This document shows positions 17,882 to 24,000 of a stretch of 24,000 nt of DNA, piece after piece. How positions within the stretch are numbered: position 1 is the first letter of the stretch; the number at the start of each line of letters is the position of its first letter. The DNA lies in the NCBI RefSeq assembly GCF_004216715.1, contig NZ_SGXG01000001.1:4848922-4872921 (forward strand), given 5' to 3'. Both the position numbers and the translations under genes were made by a program. The notes beneath the pieces were generated by a model. That model was given only the letters and a program-made list of their open reading frames with translations, searched no databases and was not told where the DNA came from. This DNA comes from Cecembia calidifontis. Its GTDB lineage: Bacteria; Bacteroidota; Bacteroidia; Cytophagales; Cyclobacteriaceae.

Positions 17882-20311
17882 TCAGAGTTTCAAACCAAAT
17901 GTTAGGTAAAAAGTCCTGCCATCAGCTGGCATGATGCCAGGTCCTGGATAACCTCCTGCCCTTCTGGTAAAGTACATTTGATCCGTCAGGTTGTTGATAC
18001 CTGCTTTGAAAATATACCTTTTTGCAAAAATGGCACTTCCTGAGAGGTCCTGCACCTGATAAGCCGGGATGAGACCAACAGTGGCGGCGGCATTGGGCGC
18101 CACGGTATTGGAGGCATCCGCAAAAGCTTCTCCAATATCGCTCAACTGCCAGGTGACCGAGAAGTTTTTCAACTGATAAGTTACACCATAGCGGTTGATT
18201 TTTCTTGGGGCATTTTCCACTCTATTTCCTTTGAGGTTACCCTGCCTGATTTCCCCATCTACAACCGTCGTAGTCATAAAATCCCCATAGCGGGCATCAA
18301 CAAGAGCAAGAGAAGCAAACAGGTGGACATATCCGAATCTGGAGCTTTTCATAAAAGCGGTTATCGGATCAAATTCCACATATCCTTCAAAGCCTTGGCT
18401 TACCGAATTGCCCAAATTAGTCCTGAACTGATTGATGGATCCATTGGGATTCAATTGCGCAATGGTACCAATTCGGTCTGCATATTTGAGGTAGAAATAG
18501 CTGGCATCAAATTTCAGGTAACTGCCTAAACTTCCTCTGTATCCAAAATCAAAATTGTACCCCCTGGAGTCCTGCAGATTTTCATCAATGATATCGGTAG
18601 TCGCAGGTGGGGTAAGATCGGAAATCAATACCGGCCTGTACGCTTGTGAGAAATTGGTATAGAATTCTGTGCTTTTTGTAAGCTTATATTCAGACCCTAC
18701 ACCAAAGAGTAGAAAATTTCTGGTTCTCGACTGTGGACTGAGCAATACTTCCTGTCCATTGACGATATTGAATCTGCCCTCCATATTGGAAAAAATGCTT
18801 TCTAAACGGACACCGGCAGTGGCTAAAAACTTATCCGAAAACCTGAAAATATTTTCAGCAAAGGCTGCATAATTGATATTGGTGAAATCCAGGTCCCTAT
18901 TGTACACACCCCCTTCTATCAAATCAAAATTCATTCTTGTACCTGCATCTCCTTGTCCGTTTTGTTTACGGTCAATTACTCCATTGAAATAGCGTAAACC
19001 TGATGCCAAAGTCTGTTTTTTACCAAAAAGCTGGTAATCGGTAATCATTCTCAATTCAGAACCATAGGTGGTATAAAAATCCCTGTCCAATTGACGGCTG
19101 CCCAGATCGTCTTCCTGATTGATCGGTCTCATAAATCCTACTGAACTTCTTTCAGCAAATGTCCCATAAGCCTTCCAGCTCAATTTGGTGTTTTCTGAAA
19201 CAATATACTCCGCTGTAAGTGCCGGGACAAACCAAGGCGTACTGAACCAGTTTCTTCCTCTGGTGCTTTGTCTTGCGTCCTGTGCAAACTGCTCATCTGT
19301 GAGTCCTCCGGGCTGTTGGCTTTCCATGGTCATGTAAGTCATTTCCAAACCTAATTTCAGTCTATTATTGGCTGCATAATTGACTTCCACGTGAGCGTGG
19401 TCAGTATTGAAATAACCATTTTCTCTCCAGCCATTACCAATCCTTTTCTGATAGTATGCGGTATAGTTCCACTTACCTTCAGTACCCCCTAAATAGTTGA
19501 AAGTACTAAAAAGCCCATTATTACCTACCGTATTCAAAGTTTCGAAAGTAAATCTGGTGGATTTATCCGGCTTTCTCATGACAAAATTCATCAAACCGCC
19601 AAACTGAGGACCATATTGAAGCGAGGAAGCACCTCTTACAATTTCAATCTGCTCGACTACTTCCATTGGAGGGGTAAAGTAAGCTTCAGGATAACCCATT
19701 GGATCTGGAGTAACATCATAGCCGTTCATTCTAACATTGAATTCCCAGGACCGGTTAGGGCTCAATCCTCTGGAAGCAACGCCCAACTGGATACCTGAAC
19801 CGTCATTTTCCCAGATAGAAATTCCTGGTGTACGTCCAAAAATCTGCCTGCTATTATTCATGGCAAGGTTGGCATTAATTTCACCTACCCTTATCACCTC
19901 GTTCTTTCGGGCGGCATTGATTCGGAAATTATCCACCTCTGGCATTTTTTCCTGACCCATAATCCCCCTGCTCACAGAAAATTCAAAGGCATCCAACAAT
20001 AACAAATCCTCCTCCATCACCAAATTCATCTCCTTGGTTTCTCTTTCCTCTATGGAAAAAGTAATAGAAGCATCTTTGAACCCTATCATACTTACACGCA
20101 AAATATAATTTCCCTTTGGAAAATCCCTTAGTATAAAATTACCCGAAGCATCCGTCTGAACTCCCCTCACTGTACCTTGTAAATAAACAGAAGCACCTAC
20201 TACAGGCTGTTGTTTTTCATCCACAATAACCCCCCTCAAAGTATTCTTCTGAGCCTGTACCTGGAAACTTACCAACAGTAAAAGAAGACAAGATGTAAAG
20301 ATGAACCTCAT
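17882..20311 (-). CDS. TonB-dependent receptor, FecA-like, with N-terminal carboxypeptidase-like regulatory domain
   Basis: Signal peptide MRFIFTSCLLLLLVSFQVQAQ; GVIVDEKQQPVVGASVYLQGTVRGVQTDASGNF; plug (GISIWENDGSGIQLGVASRGLSPNRSWEFNVRMNGYDVTPDP, VEQIEIVRGASSLQYGPQFGGLMNFVMRKP); C-terminal barrel strand ending GRTFYLTFGLKL. Confidence 0.93.
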   Translation of the reverse strand: MRFIFTSCLLLLLVSFQVQAQKNTLRGVIVDEKQQPVVGASVYLQGTVRGVQTDASGNFILRDFPKGNYILRVSMIGFKDASITFSIEERETKEMNLVMEEDLLLLDAFEFSVSRGIMGQEKMPEVDNFRINAARKNEVIRVGEINANLAMNNSRQIFGRTPGISIWENDGSGIQLGVASRGLSPNRSWEFNVRMNGYDVTPDPMGYPEAYFTPPMEVVEQIEIVRGASSLQYGPQFGGLMNFVMRKPDKSTRFTFETLNTVGNNGLFSTFNYLGGTEGKWNYTAYYQKRIGNGWRENGYFNTDHAHVEVNYAANNRLKLGLEMTYMTMESQQPGGLTDEQFAQDARQSTRGRNWFSTPWFVPALTAEYIVSENTKLSWKAYGTFAERSSVGFMRPINQEDDLGSRQLDRDFYTTYGSELRMITDYQLFGKKQTLASGLRYFNGVIDRKQNGQGDAGTRMNFDLIEGGVYNRDLDFTNINYAAFAENIFRFSDKFLATAGVRLESIFSNMEGRFNIVNGQEVLLSPQSRTRNFLLFGVGSEYKLTKSTEFYTNFSQAYRPVLISDLTPPATTDIIDENLQDSRGYNFDFGYRGSLGSYLKFDASYFYLKYADRIGTIAQLNPNGSINQFRTNLGNSVSQGFEGYVEFDPITAFMKSSRFGYVHLFASLALVDARYGDFMTTTVVDGEIRQGNLKGNRVENAPRKINRYGVTYQLKNFSVTWQLSDIGEAFADASNTVAPNAAATVGLIPAYQVQDLSGSAIFAKRYIFKAGINNLTDQMYFTRRAGGYPGPGIMPADGRTFYLTFGLKL

Positions 20312-20387
20312 ACCAAATTTGCGTTTTTATTTAGATTGATTTAAAATTACAGCACAAACTTAATCTGGAAAAAAATACCAGTCAATA

Positions 20388-20412
20388 TTTATTTAGATTT
20401 TTTCTAAATAAA
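20388..20412. promoter_or_regulatory. AT-rich palindrome in divergent intergenic region, candidate operator
   Basis: TTTATTTAGA-ttttt-TCTAAATAAA, 10-bp perfect arms, between the receptor gene (start 20311, minus) and the 20430 gene (plus). Confidence 0.45.
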
Positions 20413-20429
20413 ATTAAGCCGTTTGAAAT

Positions 20430-21275
20430 ATGCAGTCAATCTTTCATGGTCGACAATTGATCATCACCACCAAACACGAAAAACACCATGCCATTGCACC
20501 TGTACTTGAAAGGTTATTGGGGGTGAGTTGTGTCCTCTCTTCTGAATTTGATACTGACAGCCTGGGTACATTCAGCGGGGAAATTGAAAGGAAAAAAGAT
20601 GCTTTGGCTACCGTAAGAGAAAAATGCCAGGTAGGTATGAGGGAGGCAAATATCGACCTGGGAGTGGCTACGGAGGGTTCATTTGGCCCGCATCCTTACT
20701 TTCCCTTTATAGCTGGTCATGAGGAAATCATCCTGTTGATTGACCAAAGGCATGGGCTTGAAATCCTGGTCAGGGAATTGACGACCGAAACCAACTTCGA
20801 TGGTTTACAAGTTTCTTCAGAAGAGGATTTGTTAAGATTTGCGGAAAGAACAGGTTTCCCGGAACATGCACTCATTCTTCGCCCCCATAAAGAGGCCAAA
20901 GCTCCGATATACAAAGGGATACATACTGCCGATACACTTTTGCGTCATTTCAAAGCATTGAAAACAGCATTTGGAGATGTTTATGTAGAAACGGATATGC
21001 GGGCTATGCATAATCCTATGAGGATGACATTCATTGAGAAGCTGAGTGATAAGTTGGCTCAAAAAGCGCTCAATAACTGTCCAAACTGTCAGACTCCTGG
21101 CTTTAGCGTGACAGAAAGAATACAAGGACTACCATGTGCCCACTGTGGAAGGCCCACACGGTCGGTATTAAGCCATCTGATGATTTGTGCTGCCTGTTCA
21201 TTTCAAAAAGAAATTCCTTTTCCAAATGAAAAACAAACGGAGGATCCCATGTACTGTGATTTTTGTAATCCTTAA
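20430..21275 (+). CDS. Uncharacterised protein with C-terminal Cys-rich (zinc-ribbon-like) tail
   Basis: 281 aa; CPNC, CAHCG, CAAC and CDFC pairs in the last ~70 aa; acidic/His-rich N-terminal domain. Resembles a bacterial DUF family (possibly DUF6671, from memory and unverified). Confidence 0.75.
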   Translation: MQSIFHGRQLIITTKHEKHHAIAPVLERLLGVSCVLSSEFDTDSLGTFSGEIERKKDALATVREKCQVGMREANIDLGVATEGSFGPHPYFPFIAGHEEIILLIDQRHGLEILVRELTTETNFDGLQVSSEEDLLRFAERTGFPEHALILRPHKEAKAPIYKGIHTADTLLRHFKALKTAFGDVYVETDMRAMHNPMRMTFIEKLSDKLAQKALNNCPNCQTPGFSVTERIQGLPCAHCGRPTRSVLSHLMICAACSFQKEIPFPNEKQTEDPMYCDFCNP

Positions 21276-21305
21276 GAGGATCCGATTTTTTCGGAGATTT
21301 TAATT

Positions 21306-23027
21306 TCAAACTTTGCAGGACTTGCCTATTCCCTGATAGATTACCTGCTCATTTCCGGAATTGTTCCTGAAAACTGTAATTCCCTTGGCCTTATTTTTCC
21401 AAGCTTCACAATAAATCCTTCCAATATCTTTGGGGGAAGCCGTTTCCGGTAGATTAACAGTTTTTGACACGGCATTGTCGGTATGTTTTTGGAAGATCAA
21501 CTGATGCTTAAGGTGCCATTCAGGCTGAATCTCCAGGGCAGTTTTGAAAACAGATCTCAGCTGATAAGGCAAATCCGCAATATGGCCGCATCTACCGCTT
21601 GCCCTGACTTCGGCCAGAATTTCCTGAACAGGGAATCCCCCTTCCTCCACTGCTTTTTTAAACAATGGATGCACTTCTGTAGTCAAAGACCCTGAATTCA
21701 AAACTTTTTTCCTTTGAAAAGCCAGTGCGAATAGGGGCTCAATAGAAGAAGAGGTATCCGCCAAAATTGAAATCGTACCTGTCGGGGCAATACTGTTGAC
21801 TGTAGCATTCCGCATAACCTTTTGGGGATTGAAGGCACTGACCTCCCAGTTGGGAAAACAGCCCCTTTCCAATGCCAATTCATGGGAAGCTTCCTGACTT
21901 ACACGGCAGATAAAGGACATGACCTGATCCCCAAGATGGACAGCTTCCTCTGTATCGTATGGAATCTGAAGCCGCAACAACATCTCCGCCCAACCCATCA
22001 CCCCTAATCCGATTTTCCTGTTAGAAAGGGTTGCTTTCTCTATTTTAATGGTGGGATAATGGTTGACTTCAATGACGTTATCCAAAAACCGGATTCCAGT
22101 TCTGACGGTCTCTTTCAGTTTTTGGTAATCCACCTTCCCATTGCTGACGAATCTGGACAAATTGACCGATCCCAGGTTACAGGATTCGTAATCCAACATG
22201 GGAACTTCTCCGCAGGGATTGGTCGCCCAAATCCTTCCAATTTTAGACAAGGGATTGGCTGCATGAATGGTATCCAGAAAGACCATGCCCGGGTTTCCGT
22301 TTTCCCAGGCCCCTTCCAAAATGGCTTCCCAAACTTCTTTAGCTGGTAAGGTTTGGGCCACTTTTCTAGAATTGGGATGAATGAGTTGCCAATCCCTGCC
22401 CTCGGCCACCGCTTCCATAAAACGGTCGAAAATTCCTACCGAAAGATTGAAATTTTGCAAAGCTTTGCCGTTAACCTTAAGCCGGATGAATTCCAAAATA
22501 TCGGGATGATCCACATTCAGTATCCCCATATTGGCTCCCCTGCGTTTCCCTCCCTGCTTGACCTGTTCTGTAGCAAAATCATAGAGCTTGATAAAAGAAA
22601 CTGGTCCTGATGCATGCCCTCCTTGAGAACCCAGAGGATCGCCTGCCGGCCGGAGCCTTGAAAAGTTGAAACCTGTGCCCCCACCCTTCTGATGTACCAA
22701 AGCCGCCAACTTGAGGGTATCAAAAATTCCAGAAAGGTTATCTTTTACTGGCAATACAAAACAAGCGCTCAATTGAGACTTGGGAAGGCCCGCATTCATC
22801 AGGGTAGGCGAATTGGGCAAAAAAACCAAGGTGGACATCATGTCAAAAAAGAAGCTTTCCCACTTTTCCGCTTCTGCTTTCCCTGACCATTTCAATTCCG
22901 CCTGAGCCACATACTTTGCCACCCTCCGGAGCATTTCTTCCGGGGACTCCAGTTCTTCCCCATTTCCCTTCCTCCAAAGGTATCTTTCTTGTAGGATTCG
23001 GAGAGCATTGTCGGTGAAATTTTCCAT
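21306..23027 (-). CDS. nrdJ: Adenosylcobalamin-dependent (class II) ribonucleoside-diphosphate reductase
   Basis: FLPNSPTLMNAG, QLSACFVLPV, KGGGTGFNFSRLRP, NPCGEVPMLDYESCNLGSVNLS (N-x-C-x-E active site), NATVNSIAPTGTISILADTSSSIEP. Confidence 0.92.
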   Translation of the reverse strand: MENFTDNALRILQERYLWRKGNGEELESPEEMLRRVAKYVAQAELKWSGKAEAEKWESFFFDMMSTLVFLPNSPTLMNAGLPKSQLSACFVLPVKDNLSGIFDTLKLAALVHQKGGGTGFNFSRLRPAGDPLGSQGGHASGPVSFIKLYDFATEQVKQGGKRRGANMGILNVDHPDILEFIRLKVNGKALQNFNLSVGIFDRFMEAVAEGRDWQLIHPNSRKVAQTLPAKEVWEAILEGAWENGNPGMVFLDTIHAANPLSKIGRIWATNPCGEVPMLDYESCNLGSVNLSRFVSNGKVDYQKLKETVRTGIRFLDNVIEVNHYPTIKIEKATLSNRKIGLGVMGWAEMLLRLQIPYDTEEAVHLGDQVMSFICRVSQEASHELALERGCFPNWEVSAFNPQKVMRNATVNSIAPTGTISILADTSSSIEPLFALAFQRKKVLNSGSLTTEVHPLFKKAVEEGGFPVQEILAEVRASGRCGHIADLPYQLRSVFKTALEIQPEWHLKHQLIFQKHTDNAVSKTVNLPETASPKDIGRIYCEAWKNKAKGITVFRNNSGNEQVIYQGIGKSCKV

Positions 23028-23336
23028 GCATCAATTTAACATTCTCTTACCACAAATACACATTTTGCCGGCAAGCAAATGATTTCATAAAAAAATCTGA
23101 TATTTGAAAAACATTTTGAAATTTTTGGAACTAAAATCGCCAAACACCCACTGGTCAAAAAAGACAAAAAAGACCATGGTATTTTTACTACATTACTTAT
23201 CCTACTTAATCAAGTCAGAAAAAATCAGCCAACTTAAGGTTAGAAGTTAAACCTGAAAAAGTAGGACTAAGATAAAGAAGAGAAATTCTTCAAAATCTTA
23301 AACTTAACCTGAACCTATAAAGCCTCACCCATCAAA

Positions 23337-24000
23337 GTGAAATCTGCGTACTCCCAAATTTTCCATTCCAAGGGTATAAAAATTCTACTGACCTTAATTT
23401 TTGCGATGACGGTCGGTTCTGTCTTTTCACAACAATCCGGAAAGGGACTGATTAAAGGCACTATAATAGAAAAAGACTCTCAATCAGCTTTACCTTTTGC
23501 CACCGTAACGGTGTACAATGTGGAAAAGGAAATGTTGGCAGGAAGCATCACTGATGCTGATGGGAAATTTGAGATATCCCTGACCTATGGTTCATACTTT
23601 TTTATAGTAGAATTCATGGGTTATGAAGCCTACCAATCTGATCTTTTCACTTTATCAAGAAACAATTCCCCCTTAGATGTTGGAATAATTGAGCTGAGCA
23701 GCGGCTTAAGCCAATTGGACGAAGTGATCATTCAGGGTGAAAAGCCTTTGATGGAATTATCCCTGGACAAAAGAATCTTCAATGTAGGCGAAGACCTCGC
23801 CAATGCAGGCAGGACTACTGCCGATATCCTGATGAACCTGCCTTCAGTGACCGTAGATTCTCAGGGAAATGTCCGGCTCCGCGGTTCAGATAACGTAAGG
23901 ATTCTGGTGGACGGAAAACCTTCAGGACTGGTGAGTTTTAAAGGTAGCCAAGGCTTACAGCAATTGCCTGCGAGTATGGTGGAAAGGGTGGAGATCATTA
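23337..24000 (+). CDS. Outer-membrane beta-barrel family protein with CarboxypepD_reg-like domain and TonB-receptor-type plug (3' truncated by window edge)
   Basis: Manual translation from GTG 23337: MKSAYSQIFHSKGIKILLTLIFAMTVGSVFSQQSGKGLIKGTIIEKDSQSALPFATVTVYNVEKEMLAGSITDADGKFEI...LDEVIIQGEKPLMELSLDKRIFNVGEDLANAGRTTADILMNLPSVTVDSQGNVRLRGSDNVRILVDGKPSGL...; open to the window end. Missing from the supplied ORF track. Confidence 0.88.
   Translation, partial: MKSAYSQIFHSKGIKILLTLIFAMTVGSVFSQQSGKGLIKGTIIEKDSQSALPFATVTVYNVEKEMLAGSITDADGKFEISLTYGSYFFIVEFMGYEAYQSDLFTLSRNNSPLDVGIIELSSGLSQLDEVIIQGEKPLMELSLDKRIFNVGEDLANAGRTTADILMNLPSVTVDSQGNVRLRGSDNVRILVDGKPSGLVSFKGSQGLQQLPASMVERVEII

Noticed and set aside
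21281-21295. TCCGA-ttttt-TCGGA hairpin between the Cys-rich protein gene and nrdJ
   Set aside because: The stem is only 5 bp with no downstream T tract; too weak to call a terminator, though the convergent position makes it plausible.
23028-23336. Cobalamin riboswitch near the B12-dependent RNR or upstream of the beta-barrel gene
   Set aside because: I could not identify a B12-box-like or similar structured leader in this spacer.
1-24000. CRISPR array, transposon/IS, prophage, toxin-antitoxin or dedicated defence system
   Set aside because: No regularly spaced repeats, transposase, integrase, phage structural or nuclease/helicase defence genes were recognised; all larger ORFs fit housekeeping, metabolic or transport families.

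Overview
This 24 kb window looks like ordinary chromosomal DNA from a Bacteroidota member (Cyclobacteriaceae-like, judged only from protein flavour and gene content). It carries about 18 supported protein-coding genes. From left to right they are: a secreted or sugar-catabolic block (TIM-barrel epimerase; PQQ dehydrogenase/PKD/cytochrome c fusion; esterase; phytanoyl-CoA dioxygenase-like protein), a convergent sulfatase, an EamA exporter, an NCS2 purine permease overlapping a signal-peptide-bearing MTA/SAH nucleosidase, a 1-Cys peroxiredoxin, a Crp-type regulator, a small membrane ORF coupled to cydA, then cydB, DoxX and a Tat-type Gfo/Idh/MocA protein. These are followed by a FecA-like TonB-dependent receptor, a Cys-rich uncharacterised protein, a class II ribonucleotide reductase, and the start of an outer-membrane beta-barrel protein. 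I see no CRISPR array, transposase, phage module, tRNA, rRNA or recognisable defence system. The items most worth a second look are: (1) four same-strand CCACA/DnaA-box-like motifs at 11/21/11 bp spacing at 17777-17828; (2) the translationally coupled purine permease and exported nucleosidase; (3) a perfect CGTGAT-N4-ATCACG palindrome between the Crp-type regulator gene and the cyd operon, matching the regulator's CRP-like recognition helix; (4) an uncharacterised two-TM protein overlapping cydA; (5) an uncharacterised protein with a four-CxxC tail opposite a FecA-like receptor, with a long palindrome between them; (6) a class II RNR without the usual C-terminal cysteine motif.
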